A DNA stretch of 63,977 nucleotides, counting the filler, from Collodictyon triciliatum (lineage: Eukaryota): assembly GCA_043381765.1 (NCBI GenBank). It is 14 parts of 14 records of this genome, joined end to end, with 100 filler letters (N's around TTAATTAATTAA, not from the genome) between each part and the next. Parts side by side here need not be neighbours in the genome. Positions count along the whole stretch, not along the records: positions 37,592 to 42,182 come from JBHJMP010005940.1; positions 42,283 to 46,873 come from JBHJMP010005941.1; positions 46,974 to 51,564 come from JBHJMP010005942.1; positions 51,665 to 56,255 come from JBHJMP010005943.1; 10 more parts are not named here. One strand, 5' to 3'. The position numbers and the translations under genes were made by a program. Below are positions 40,507 through 56,218 of this stretch, one piece after another; within the stretch, counting starts at the first letter, position 1, and each line of letters begins with the position of its first letter. The notes beneath the pieces were generated by a model that worked only from the letters and a program-made list of their open reading frames with translations, did not search any database and had not been told where the DNA came from.

Positions 40507-40552
40507 CTGAAAGTCTTTGTTTTACTTTTTCCTTTAGAAAACTACTTAGTTT

Positions 40553-40560
40553 TCAATTTT
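40553..40560 (-). promoter_or_regulatory. AAAATTGA motif (Mimiviridae early-promoter consensus) ~47 nt upstream of the Fanzor ATG
   Basis: Plus strand TCAATTTT at 40553-40560; a 1-mismatch copy CAAATTGA at 40582-40589. Confidence 0.35.
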
Positions 40561-41203
40561 AATAAATCTTTAGTCAATCAGTCAATTTGATAAAAAAAAT
40601 AAAATAAAATAAAAAACTGCATAAAATCAATTCAGGTAAAAGTAAGCATCTACCGAGACTTTCAAAATGTGCGCATTGTGGCAAACAAACACACAAAGTT
40701 TTTTATAAGTGATTTGAGACAAAACGCTGAGAGCCGATTCGGCGAGTTCGAAAGGACGGCCGTATATCAATTGCGACTGAAAGTCAACACATTGGTTCCA
40801 GACAACATGATTACCGCCGCAAGTGTGGATAGTGTGGTTTTATGAAATGGATGTTTGGTGGCAGGTTTATAGCGTGGGTTCTGTCTGGGCCAAGGCAAAG
40901 GCTTGTTTGTAATTTTTGAATTTAATATTGCATGAATGGAAAATAAAATATAAATTAATTACAGAATAGATTGATATTATTAAGTATTTTTAACCTTATC
41001 ATATATCCTAATTATTATACTATTATTCAGGTTGTTTCTTAGATTCACCAAAGCTCCTGCTTTTGTCAATCCAGATTTAATATGATGGCTGTTTGTGCAA
41101 TAAATTGTTATGTATGGGTACACTTTCGTTGGATTAAAAATGTAGTGTCTTGAAAGGGGATAAAACCAAGTTTCTCACAACCTTCGCGATGAAGTTTATC
41201 CAT

Positions 41204-41737
41204 TTACAAGCCGTATGAGACCTAAGAAAAAAAAAGGGAAAAAGAAAAAAAGGGAAAAAGAAAAAAAAGAAAAAGAAAAAGAAAAAGAAAAAGAAAAAGA
41301 AAAAGAAAAAGAGAAAGAAAAAAAGAAAAAAAGAAAAAGAAAAAGATAAAGATAAAGATAAATGAATCAGAGCAACTAAATCTGTGCATTATATTCATAC
41401 TTATGTTGCTACCCGTGGGTCTATAGCAGAACTTGAATCATATACGCCCTTTCTTCAGCAGTTTCTTATTCCCTTGCTACCCGTTAGTTTATTTTTAGAG
41501 CTCGATAAGTCATTTTTTATTCCACTTTATTATTATTATTATATTTGTGTCAAAGAAATCGCTCCGTCTTATTCATAGGTTGTTGTACTCACGGGTCGGT
41601 GGCAGCTGGCGTCTCGATCGTCGGTGTGTCGCTGTGCATAACCTGTGTTGAAAGGGATTTGGTAAAGTGACCTTTTCGCTCTCCGTGTTGGTTGTTGCGG
41701 CCTTTTCAGTTTGCGTACGATCAGTAGGCGTTTCCAT
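41204..41737 (-). CDS. Small hypothetical spliced gene
   Basis: Three exons can splice to METPTDRTQTEK...RRSRRQLPPTRNKKLLKKGVYDSSSAIDPRVSYGL*; no family recognised. Confidence 0.3.
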
Positions 41738-42448
41738 GGGGCAGGGCTGTGGCGTCGGTCTTCTGGTAGGCGCTCTCGTCCTTCTCAGGATCCCTCTTTC
41801 CGATCACTTGCGTGTTTTCTTTTTTCCCGACTTCTGAATGTGGGGTTAGGAGAAGAAGGGAAGAACGCCAGTGTAATAATATTATATTCTGGAGAAGGTG
41901 TATTTTTTTTTCTCTCCGTGTTTATTATTTCTCAGCAAAGGAGACTTCGTAATATTGTTTTTTTATTTTGCTGTTCCTCTCAAGTTTGTCTCTCTCAGTG
42001 TGATCTCCACATTTATTCGCATTGTGAGGTGTAGAATAGATCGATCTTTGGAGAAAATTCTTCACACAAACCCACAAACCCACAAACAAACCCACAAACG
42101 GATATAAAACAAAAAACAAAAAACAAAAAACAAAAAACAAAAAACAAAAAACAAAAAACAAAAAACAAAAAACAAAAAACAANNNNNNNNNNNNNNNNNN
42201 NNNNNNNNNNNNNNNNNNNNNNNNNNTTAATTAATTAANNNNNNNNNNNNNNNNNNNNNNNNNNNNNNNNNNNNNNNNNNNNTTATGTTTTTGTTTTTTA
42301 TGTTTTTGTTTTTTATGTTTTTGTTTTTTATGTTTTTGTTTTTTATGTTTTTGTTTTTTATGTTTTTGTTTTTTATGTTTTCTCACCAAAGGGGTATGAC
42401 TTTTACAGATAGATTGAGTGCAATATATATGGAAACGAAAGGTCTCAG

Positions 42449-42804
42449 GTTACTTGGCTTTCCGCTGGTGGACATTTGTCGGGCTCTTGGAGACGTGTCC
42501 TGCCAGGAAGACAAAATAAATATAAAATCGAGACGGTGGAAATAAGGACACAGAGAGGAAGAAAACTAATATCGATGATGAGATAATAAGCAACGGTGGC
42601 CATAAGTGTGTGCGTCTTGAAGTAGAGCTCAGTGTATTGTTTGCGAGTTACTTGCAGACTCTGCATCCGCGGTTCGGCCCACTTTTCCGAGTGGCGCACA
42701 AAACGGATTTCCTGTGGTTTGGTGTGATTGATTGGTTCGAAGATACAATGATCATCGGCTGCAAGCAAACTAGCAAATACAAATGTGGAGTATATAGTAT
42801 TTAA
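42449..42804 (+). CDS. 3' exons of an unidentified gene, convergent with spastin
   Basis: Two in-phase exons: LLGFPLVDICRALGDVSC...RRNGGHKCVRLEVELSVLFASYLQTLHPRFGPLFRV...YSI*. Confidence 0.35.
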
Positions 42805-43099
42805 GGCATTTTAATATATTGTTGCAAGCTTTCTAATTTCAGAAAACAATTTGGCATTTCTTATATATAAATTATTAATTGATTATAAATGTAGATGGGA
42901 TTTCTTTTGTCCTTAGGGTTTTATTCACGTCGATGCGTTCAGTGCACAGAACTGAAGGCAAACTACATAGGCACAAGGTTCCGGTTCTTTTCTTATATTC
43001 TCTTTATTATTTGCGTTTAAGTTGGATTTAATGCCTTTTTTTTTTATTGTTCTTTCTTTTTTCGTTTATGAGGCGTAGCAGCGTCTGGGAGGTTGTCAT

Positions 43100-46549
<3,450 letters not shown>

Positions 46550-46778
46550 CGTACTCGCTACTGTCGAGAAGCTATGCTTAAAGGCGATTGCGTGGCGCTC
46601 GGCAAAGAACTGGCGGATGCGCGCTTGTCGCTCGATGGAAACCTGCTTCCAGTGTCAAATTCGTGCGGGATTTGTTTATTCATCAGCCGCGCAGAGACGA
46701 CCGCCTTCTTGGCTGCGGGTTGACAGGCGCACGGCGCAGAGGAGCGTGGATAGCTAAAGGAAAGAACAACAAGAAATG

Positions 46779-46817
<39 letters not shown>

Positions 46818-48285
46818 CAGAGAGAGAGGACCAAAAAACACACCCACCCGCCCACACGCGCCCGCCACCCCCCNNNNNNNNNNNNNNNNNNNNNNNNNNN
46901 NNNNNNNNNNNNNNNNNTTAATTAATTAANNNNNNNNNNNNNNNNNNNNNNNNNNNNNNNNNNNNNNNNNNNNTTTTTATGTTTTTTATGTTTTTTTTAT
47001 GTTTTTTATGTTTTTTTTATGTTTTTTTTATGTTTTTTTTATGTTTTTTTTATGTTTTTTTTTGTTTTTTTATGTTTTTTTATGTTTTTTTATGTTTTTT
47101 TTATGTTTTTTTTATGTTTTTTTATGTTTTTTTATGTTTTTTTATGTTTTTTTATGTTTTTTATGCTTTTTATGCAAGGTCGAGAGAGAAAGATCCGGCT
47201 GAGCAATTGGAAGAGGACACTAGACAGAAAATAGTTGGGGTAGTCGACCGATCCAGGGAAATGGTGTGTCTTTTCTTCTGTGCGTCTGTTGTTCCTGGAA
47301 GGATGTGACTCACGCAACACGATTATTCCCCAGCGTCGGGCGTCTGATCCGCGAGGCTTTTGATCACTCGATGGTGCTTGGCTAATCACCTTTCAGAACC
47401 GAGGGTTTGATCTGGTGCAGAGGAATCCAGGTTTAACAGAACATTCATTGAATGAAGGGAACATAATTTTAACCACGTTTGGATTAATTCTTTCAAATTG
47501 TATTGTCTTTAAGGGACAGAATAAAGCATCCCGCTCAAACTATCCTTATATGTATGCTGTTTCGAATATTTTCTAATTGTGGAAAATTTGGTTTCTCAGA
47601 TTTATTCCAATTGTCCAGTTCCCAGACCCAATGCATCGTTATACACAAAATAAAACAAAAAACAAAAAACAAAAACAAAAATAAAAATAAAAATAAAAAT
47701 AAAAATAAAAATAAAAATAAAAATAAAATAAAAATAAAAAACAAAAACAAAAAATAAAACAAAAACAAATACAAAACCAAAACCAAAAATAAAAACAAAA
47801 ACAAAAACAAAAACAAAAACCAAAACAAAAAACCAAAACCAAAAATAAAAATAAAAAACAAAAACAAAAACAAAAATAAAAATAAAAATAAAAAACAAAA
47901 ACAAAAAACAAAAAACAAAAAATAAAACAAAAACAAAAAACAAAAACCAAAACCAAAACCAAAACCAAAGACAAAGACAAAACCAAAATAAAAAATAAAC
48001 AAAAAACAAAAACAAAAAACAACATAAAACAAAAAACAAGCTAATAAATGTTACCAGCAATAAAAAAAAAAGATTATTGTATGAGTTGTAAATCTTAAAT
48101 AATTCGATAATAATCACATAGATAGTATTTCTTCGGTAAAATATTAATAAATAAAGGGGTGGGGTAAATGAAAAAACATGAATCTGGAACTATCAGCTCA
48201 TTTGATAAGATTAGTTATCTAGTATATTAACGTTTTCATTATTTTATGATGTTTGGTTTATGAAGTAATCCAAGCAGCCAACGAA

Positions 48286-50109
48286 ATGAATCAAGCGAAT
48301 GCTCGAAATGCGTGGACGAACGTCCAAGTTGATCCAGTTGGGCAAAGAAATGAAGCAAACATCTTGGGAAATGGTGAAGACAGGGCGGGAACGATGAGAC
48401 TCAAGATTGAGGCAGATATCAAATACATCGACGGAAGAAAAACATTCCTCTCTGCAATTATTTCGAACAAGTTTTCACTCCATTTCATCGTTCACTTATA
48501 CAAAACTAAACTGATGGGCTCTATAATGATGCTACTTTGGCTTGGATGTACAGTTTTGTTCTTCTCTTACGTTTATAAAAGACCAATTTTACCGGCCAAA
48601 ACGTATGTGATTCTGCAAATATTACAATCTTTAAACTTTACCTTGGGAAACGCTGCTTTTATTCGCATGGAAATAGTGAAGTCTTTAACAAAGTCGTTCA
48701 GTTTCTGGTATACGATGTGGAACATCATAACTTTCCACGTCTGCGCTTTTTTTGTATGGGGAGTATCTGCTCCAACCGTCTGTATAGTAACCCACTCCTT
48801 TACTTCGATTGTATTTACTATGGTTTTCTACGACGCACACGCATTTAAAATTCTGCCATTCCTGAAGCTATCGACTGTTCTGGGAGTGTTTTCTTACTCA
48901 ATTGTTGCCGTTGGAATCCAATTCAACCTCATTGACCTAGAACCAGTCTCTTTTGAAGACAGAGGAAGGAACATTCAATACCTTGATTTAAATGCTCAGA
49001 TAATGGACAGCTTGATTATAATGATAATATACTTTTTCCGAATCATATACAACCATTTGATAAAAGGGAAAACAACACGAATAGCTTTTCTATCCAAATA
49101 CTATGTTATGGACAGCAATCCATCAGAGATGAATAATCGCGGTGTTCCTCTAAATAATAGTGAAATCTTCGAACTAAATCATTATTCATCGACTGAAACT
49201 TTCCATGTTCCTCAGAAGAACAAACGAAATAGGTTGTTTATCCCCGTCATTCCTTTGAAAGAAGGAGAACCTATGCACAGTATGCATAGAGACGATGAGA
49301 GACGTAGCAATGGAAATCCTGAAAGATCCAAAAGTAATCAGCCAGTTCAATGCCATTCAGATTTTCACATGAAAATAGGCATTACGGAGACAAAATATGT
49401 TGTTTATGATAAAAAGGACACCATCTATCATAGTTTTATTAAAAACCAGTTCCCTCTGGTCTCGAAAATAATCAGATCGAAAGCTTACTCGCTTAGTGGA
49501 CTTCTGTTTGGTATCATACCGGCTTACATGTCCCTTCCCATCATCGCAGACTGTGACCTGGGAGTATTTTATTCAAATGTGATAATGATTGGGGCTTTTA
49601 TTGGCTCAACAATAACCTTGGTTCAAATAATAGTAACAAGCAATCGGTTTATGGTGAGGAATATGATGTCCTCGTTTGATTTCTGGTATGTGGTGTTCTT
49701 GATTGTGAAAATATTTGTGTCCTTTGGGATTCTGTGCAACTGGGATATCAGAATGGTCTATCTAGTCGGCTCAATGGTGGGATATATGTGGTGTGTGATG
49801 ATAGATTCATTTAGTGCTTCGAGGAGGATGCTGTCATACGTTTCCATTACCGGGATTATCTGGATGGTAAGTGTATGGGTTTTTTGTAAATTCTCTATTG
49901 GAGGTATGTTCCAGGAGAACGAGCGCTTGATGCTATCCAACATCACCGTCTTAACGCCCCGAACGGTTCTTGCTGGCTCTCTTTTTTCATCTATTTTATT
50001 CATGCTCCGCTTTCTATGGAGTTACCATCGAGACCCGATGCGCGTTCTGTTCATCACAGAAAACATAGTTGTGGAAAAGCTGCCACGATGCCCTGCTGCC
50101 CCTTTATAA
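48286..50109 (+). CDS. Intronless multi-pass membrane protein with two internally duplicated TM blocks
   Basis: 607-codon uninterrupted ORF from the first ATG; repeated motifs IVKSLTKSFSFWY / MVRNMMSSFDFWY, FYDA / MIDS and YFFRIIY / FMLRFLW. Confidence 0.85.
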   Translation: MNQANARNAWTNVQVDPVGQRNEANILGNGEDRAGTMRLKIEADIKYIDGRKTFLSAIISNKFSLHFIVHLYKTKLMGSIMMLLWLGCTVLFFSYVYKRPILPAKTYVILQILQSLNFTLGNAAFIRMEIVKSLTKSFSFWYTMWNIITFHVCAFFVWGVSAPTVCIVTHSFTSIVFTMVFYDAHAFKILPFLKLSTVLGVFSYSIVAVGIQFNLIDLEPVSFEDRGRNIQYLDLNAQIMDSLIIMIIYFFRIIYNHLIKGKTTRIAFLSKYYVMDSNPSEMNNRGVPLNNSEIFELNHYSSTETFHVPQKNKRNRLFIPVIPLKEGEPMHSMHRDDERRSNGNPERSKSNQPVQCHSDFHMKIGITETKYVVYDKKDTIYHSFIKNQFPLVSKIIRSKAYSLSGLLFGIIPAYMSLPIIADCDLGVFYSNVIMIGAFIGSTITLVQIIVTSNRFMVRNMMSSFDFWYVVFLIVKIFVSFGILCNWDIRMVYLVGSMVGYMWCVMIDSFSASRRMLSYVSITGIIWMVSVWVFCKFSIGGMFQENERLMLSNITVLTPRTVLAGSLFSSILFMLRFLWSYHRDPMRVLFITENIVVEKLPRCPAAPL

Positions 50110-50288
50110 GCAACCGCGATAAAGCTAGGAAAACATCTGCTGCTTAACCATAAATATGCTCCTAAGTTATTGAGAGGTGCAAGATGATGTGATGTTTTTG
50201 TTTCCCTTTATTTTTTGTTTTTTTTTGTTTTTTTTTGTTTTTTTGTTTTGTTTTGTTCGTTCGCTGTGACACCATCTTCTGGCTGGGG

Positions 50289-51451
50289 TTAATTTGAGTA
50301 ATGTTTGCCGAATCTCGTTCTGCCTTCGTGCGCAGCCCAGATTTCCTTGAAGATGAATCTAAGCGAGACGGAAAAGCGGTAGATTATGCGGGTGATTGAG
50401 AAGCGTATGCAGTATTGAACACAAAAGACACGATTTTCATGGTATTATTTCAACCTTTCGGTTCCTTCCAAAAGAGTAGACAGGCTCATCGCCCTATTAC
50501 CGCATGAAAGAATTGAGATATGCACAGTTACAATATTATGTTTTGAGATGCTACGAGTCGGGGTGGTGTGATTTTCATACTCAATTACGGTCATGCTTTC
50601 CAGAATGTATTCGATGCCCTGCATGATTTTATCCTTGTAGACAGCAGGGAGAGGTTGCACAGATGTGAACGCGCAATAATCTCCGATGAGATACATAGTG
50701 AATTTCCTTAGCGAAGCGATGCTTTTTGTAGTTTCCTAGCGTTAAAAAAAAAAAGAGATGAGAGGTGAGAGATGAGAGATGAGAGATGAGAGATGAGAGA
50801 TGAGAGATGAGAGATGAGAGAGAATATTAGGGCGCCAACGAAGAGATTCTTAATTTTCCTCCTTGATTCTCGACTAATTCAATAATATTGGATGGATTTT
50901 GAATGAAAGAAAAAAGAGCTGGGTCGTTTGTCCCATAGCGATAATAAAATTGGACGGTTCTGTTACCCCTAATATGCGATTAAAGCCATCAAAAACATGG
51001 AGAGAGAGCAACGGACTTGACTTGTTGCTGCCGGGTTGTCTGTAAAATAAGGCGTAGAGAAGTGCTCCAAAATGTCAAGGAAAATTTAATGTGATGGGAA
51101 ACATATTTTAGTCCTTGTCAAGCTATGCACGCCTAGACGGCGACAAATTTTAACAACGACTGGGAGCAATAGCTGAAAGAAGAAAAAGGAAAAGGAAAAG
51201 AAAAAAAAAGAAAAAGAAAAAGAAAAAGAAAAAGGAAAGAAAAAGAAAAAGAGGAAAAGGATACTGCGCAGAATCCCAACAAAACTATGGATGTTCTGGG
51301 ACATAATTCTTGGATGATGTCGGGCAACCCAGAATAAAATCTGGGAGACTATACTGTATATTGAATTGTCACATACATACGGAATCGTTGTAAAGTAAAA
51401 CTGCCTCTGGAATGCCATAGTGTCCATCTCCTGCATTTTCATTTTAGACAA
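50289..51451 (-). CDS. URB2: URB2/Npa2 nucleolar ribosome-biogenesis protein, C-terminal exons
   Basis: HHPRIMSQNIHSFVGILR...SLRKFTMYLIGDY...KIMQGIEYILESMTVIEAMSLSTLLEGTERFIFKEIWAAHEGRTRFGK follows the Urb2 C-terminal domain pattern. Confidence 0.7.
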
Positions 51452-51664
51452 AATAAAGTCGACTGGTGGTTAGAATTATAATAATAATTTTTTAACCCCC
51501 CCCCCCCCCCCCCCCCATCCGACTAAAAAAAAGTATCTGTGTCGAACTCAATTTTTATACCTATNNNNNNNNNNNNNNNNNNNNNNNNNNNNNNNNNNNN
51601 NNNNNNNNTTAATTAATTAANNNNNNNNNNNNNNNNNNNNNNNNNNNNNNNNNNNNNNNNNNNN

Positions 51665-53597
51665 TGGACGTGTGGCCGCAACTCCTTCGTGAGGAGCTGA
51701 AGCCGTTCAGACCGACCCCCTCAGGACATCAAAAAGGACAAAGGCTTCTTCACAGACACGGCCGTGGTGAAGCTTCTTTGCCACAAGAACCAGCTCCCTT
51801 CAAAGTTTACGGTCATGGGTAAAAAGTGTCCAAATTGCATCCTCAAAGAGCGTCCGCCGGTCGCGAACAACGAACGACAGGTAAAAGCTCTGCAAAAGAA
51901 TACACCTGCCAAGCGGAAAAGCAGCAACGTGGTCAAGGAAGCCAAGGCCAGGCAAACAGCAGAGCCCGCAAGACTCACAGCAGATACGCGCATACAGCGA
52001 CAGCGACGACGACATGGAAGGAAATCTCGGTTCCTCTTCAGAATCTACGCACTCGAGCCCTTCATCACCGACACTGGACAAGCCCGCACATCGCAAGACC
52101 CAAGAGCAGCGCATCTCCAAACCCCGAAAGGAATCCCCCCTTGAACTACCCATTCAGACTGACGTGAATATGATTAAAGAGGAGGCATCAAGGCAGTCTT
52201 TGTTACTTATCCGAAAGGAAACTCCAAAGCGAAGGCAACACAAGAACCAGCGCCCACCAAAGATAGTCCGTTTATCCTGCCCCAGCCCTTCGCACCGAGA
52301 ACCAAGGAGCAAGAGCAAACAGCACAAGCCGAATACAAGCTTGGAACTTCACACACCCAAGACAGTCCGAGCAAGCAGGAGCGTATGTTTCTAAAACCAC
52401 AAACGCTTATCCATACTCCGGTTAAGCAAAGTCCACTGCCGGCTATGCATGGTTCCGAAACCAGGGGACGGTCAAGCGCCGCTTCCGATATTTCCAGACA
52501 AACAACGATGTATCGCTTTTTGTCTGAGTCGCCCAGCAAGAAACGCAAGGAAAATGACCCGTTATCCTCTCAAAAGACTCATCCTGTGAGATGAAAAAAA
52601 TGTAAATCTTGTCTGGGATAGACGGTTGAAAGGACTCGTCGGAATCGATTTGAGAAGTTACTGCAATGCGCGTATTTTCGTCGACCCGACAACTTTAACC
52701 GCTTCTTCTGCCAGTCTCGAATACAACCAGAAATCGTGTTGGACTCAATCACCTCGGGTAGAATATTCTGCGTGTGAGAACACTTTCTCTCCTTTCTATT
52801 TTCTTTTCTTTTTCCACCCAAAACATAAAAACTCCAACCACACAATCAGGGGTTTCCACCGTCTTGTCCGCAGCTCATTTATGTCTTAGAGGCGAAGGCG
52901 GTTTCCTCGGCTTTGTTTTCTCTCAATAAACTGTTGAAAAGAAATCGAAAATAACGTCTGGTATTGCATGGACATCGCTCACGATGAGATGGTGGACAGA
53001 TATGCTTATCCATCCGAAAGGATTTTGGCAGCATGGAATGTGGCATCTTATTCACCGCATATGTCCGAACTTCAAAGCACAGCTCTGTGAGAGTAGAATC
53101 CCATCACCCCCCGCCAAACACTCCCGAGCCGCTACTAGCGCGGTGGAAGATTCTGTATGAAAACTGTGAAATGTGCGAGTCTACCCAACTACATGCTGTT
53201 ACAGGTCAAATCTGCTGGGATAGAGCGAGAGGCTTCTGTATCATCAAGTCGAGAGAAGGAAACAGCTCCTTCATTCTGCAACATGTCGCTTTCCAAAAGG
53301 ATGGGAGCTTCGCACCGTCGAAAAATGCAACGATATTTCACTCCTCGAGTGCGACAGCCAGCCACAGTCGTCCTGAACAACAAAGGAGAATGGCGCTCAC
53401 GACGCCCCATCTCATACGGAGCACCGTCGCCATTTTTCTTTCGCCTGAAAAACCAAAGGCAGTCCATTATACCTGACTCATTGAATTATCTATGGCCATG
53501 TCATAATCCAACCTGTTTTGATACAAAATCATCAGTCCTAATCCTCAATAACCGGAGAAAATGAGTTAATGGGCCGAAACTATACGCATTACAGACA
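51665..53597 (+). mobile_element. Decayed, GC-richer, intron-free element of unknown class
   Basis: Overlapping broken ORFs with CxxC motifs (CPNC, CEMC); its last ~290 bp recur at 37592-37880; multiple stops and frameshifts. Confidence 0.55.
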
Positions 53598-53654
53598 AAT
53601 ATTTGAAAAAAAGAAGGAAGACAACATTCTTCGATACTTTGACTGCAAGAAAAT

Positions 53655-53727
53655 ATAGATGTGTAATGTGCCCTCGGTCCTGCACAAAAGTTGAAAGGAA
53701 GAATAAAAAAATAGATGTGTAATGTGC
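53655..53727 (+). mobile_element. Family B insertion with 17-bp TSD
   Basis: ATAGATGTGTAATGTGC at 53655-53671 and 53711-53727 flanks CCTCGGTCCTGCACAAAAGTTGAAAGGAAGAATAAAAAA. Confidence 0.75.
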
Positions 53728-54638
53728 GTCGTGCGATACCTCCCACAAAATACCCGAAACCCATGTTACCCACGCAACCAATCAACCAGTTGGGCCGCCC
53801 ACCTCTCCCTAACGCCCACTGAGTTCTTTCCAGTGCTAGCCTCTTCTCAGTAACATCTTCTCCTAATCGCGTTTGCTCTGTACCATGTGCACCATCTCAT
53901 CCCTTTTTATGGCATTAATCTCTTTCCCTTACATCTAACAAGGAGTAAAAATATGCTAAAGCCTCGCAAATCACAACAAAATGGACCTAGCTGCACAGAA
54001 TAATTCAAATATATATATATATGAAGCTTTTATCGTAAATCACAAAAAAAAAAATTGTGATATACAACCAGAAATATATGTCATGGGCTTCAATATCATG
54101 TGAGTTTCATGTTGCAAGTCACAAACGATGGTACGGCTCTTTGCATTTTTATTTCTAATATAATACATCAGTTTAACAAAAGAATGAATTTACAGGAACA
54201 GAACCAGATTATTTGCTTTATTATTCCATTGGATTGTGGTGCTTAAATAACAAAAACTTGATGAAGTTGAATTTTAACAGTTAATTATATGAATTCCCTA
54301 TGTTTTGTGAACATAATGTACAATATCAGATTTATATTTTATGTATATAACAATATCCAAACAATATTGACATTTTGCATTAAAAAAATTTTATTAGTTG
54401 ATTTTTATCCTTTACATTTAAAAGAATCCAGTTCGAATTTTCTATTATCTCTTTATCACATATCAATAAGCTTTTCATATTTTCAATTATTGTAAAAGAT
54501 TAAAATATTCATCTCCATATTTGATTCATACATGGTTTATGATGTAATTTATGCTTTGATTTATTAACTTTTGTAGCAAAATGTCATTAAAAATTATGTT
54601 TTCTGGACGAAAAGATACTATGAAAGCATAAAATTCAT

Positions 54639-56218
54639 TCAAGAGAAGATGTTTATCCACCACATAGTATAGAGAAAACAATGGCTCGAAAAAGATAATA
54701 GTATAATTCTATTCATAGGTCTCCAACTTTTAAACCCATCCTCACTAATATGACCCTTGTGTATTTCAATCGAAAGCGTTGTGATGTCTGACAAAATTTC
54801 AAATATTAGTTGTATCAGGATTTGATAGAAGCATATAGAAAACGATTTGATTACTTGAAATTTTGATTCTTTTGCCAAAGGTTGCATAAAATACATGAGC
54901 AAGGGTGCGAATATGATTGAATAGAACTCCGATATGATACCGTCATAGATGTATTTTGCCTTGAATGCGATTGATTCTTTCACAAAATTCGCTTCTTTAC
55001 CTAATAGACTCAATTGATTATCATGCTCTCTTACATGCAAGCCTTGAGAATACTGAGCCTCATCTCCAGGGATGATGGGAGCAAGCTTTCTCGATTTCAA
55101 TCGATATGATAATTTTGACTGAATACTAGATGCCAAATTTTGTATCCGAAACACACATTTCATCCTTTGTTCGAAAAATACGGTCGAAAGTATCTCAATC
55201 ACAGCTGCTGCAAAGTTGACCATGATGAATTCAATAGAAATATGTTTGAAATCAATATTCTTCCAACTAACTGAATGAAGTGATTGCACATCGTGTTCAT
55301 AGTCAACCTTTTATCCGTGTACTCTTTCGATAAGCAATTTATCAGCCTCAGCTGAATCCAATTTGATGAAACAAAACAAACAGGGAAAACAGCAAAACGG
55401 AAAACAAGCTGCATGGTAAATGAAGAATTTATATAAATCTCCAATATGTTGGAAAGAGAGAAGACTACAAGAACGTAAAATGCAGCCAACCCTTTCAGTA
55501 AAGCAGATACCGAGCCGTCTTTTGTTGCAGTGTAATATCGTTCTTCCTCATTGCTCATTTCCTCAGGTTTTTTTGATTTAGAAACTATGAATAAACCGAT
55601 AACAATCCAAATGAATTGATTAATGACAAAGATGTTTATTAACACCGTGTTTGAGGCCAACAAGAAGTTAATGATATTGTCCAAAATGCATCCTGGTAAA
55701 AGGGCATACAATATTGCATTTTTTGAGAACTGGAGGCTGAAAATCTCAACAGATGCAAAAGCGAAGGATGACCAAACTGCAAACGCACTCAAAAGAACTC
55801 TTCCACTTTGGTAGGTGATATCCTCGACCATCCCAAGCAAACTCGGAGACAGTACAATGGCGGGTATGAAGTAAATCCAAAGAGAAAATAGATTTGCTGA
55901 GAAGACGGGCAATACCTCATATACAGCCTTCAACCATAATATACATGCCAGCCTCACGAAACTAATGCACGAAGTCTTGATTAAAGCTTCATCGTTTCCT
56001 TCCTGCTCACTCTTTCTGTCTTCATTTATTGTTCCCGGCTGATTATTCTGTGAATTACTTCCAACTGGCCCGTCTGCATTCTGAAATCTTGTTGTATTTT
56101 TACAGCTTTCTGGTCGTGTGACTATTTTTCCTGTCTGCTCATCTCTCTTGTGCGGTTCTGGTTGCCTTTGTGTTTTGATCTGGTCTGGTGTCTTCTCTTC
56201 GATCTCCTCAAAACCCAT
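54639..56218 (-). pseudogene. Intronless multi-pass membrane protein gene split by one frameshift near 55240-55250 (pseudogene or sequence error)
   Basis: ORFs 55199-56218 and 54639-55289 overlap and read on as ...GRILISN / ISIEFIMVNFAAAVIEIL...ISEFYSIIFAP...QLIFEILSD... Confidence 0.65.

Noticed and set aside
38460-40625. Terminal inverted repeats bounding the Fanzor element (TGCAG near 38472 and 40617)
   Set aside because: Only ~5 bp of match, not distinguishable from chance; the ends cannot be defined from one copy
46979-48117. Phe/Lys/Tyr/Ile-rich ORFs here and at other contig ends
   Set aside because: They are translations of microsatellites or N runs
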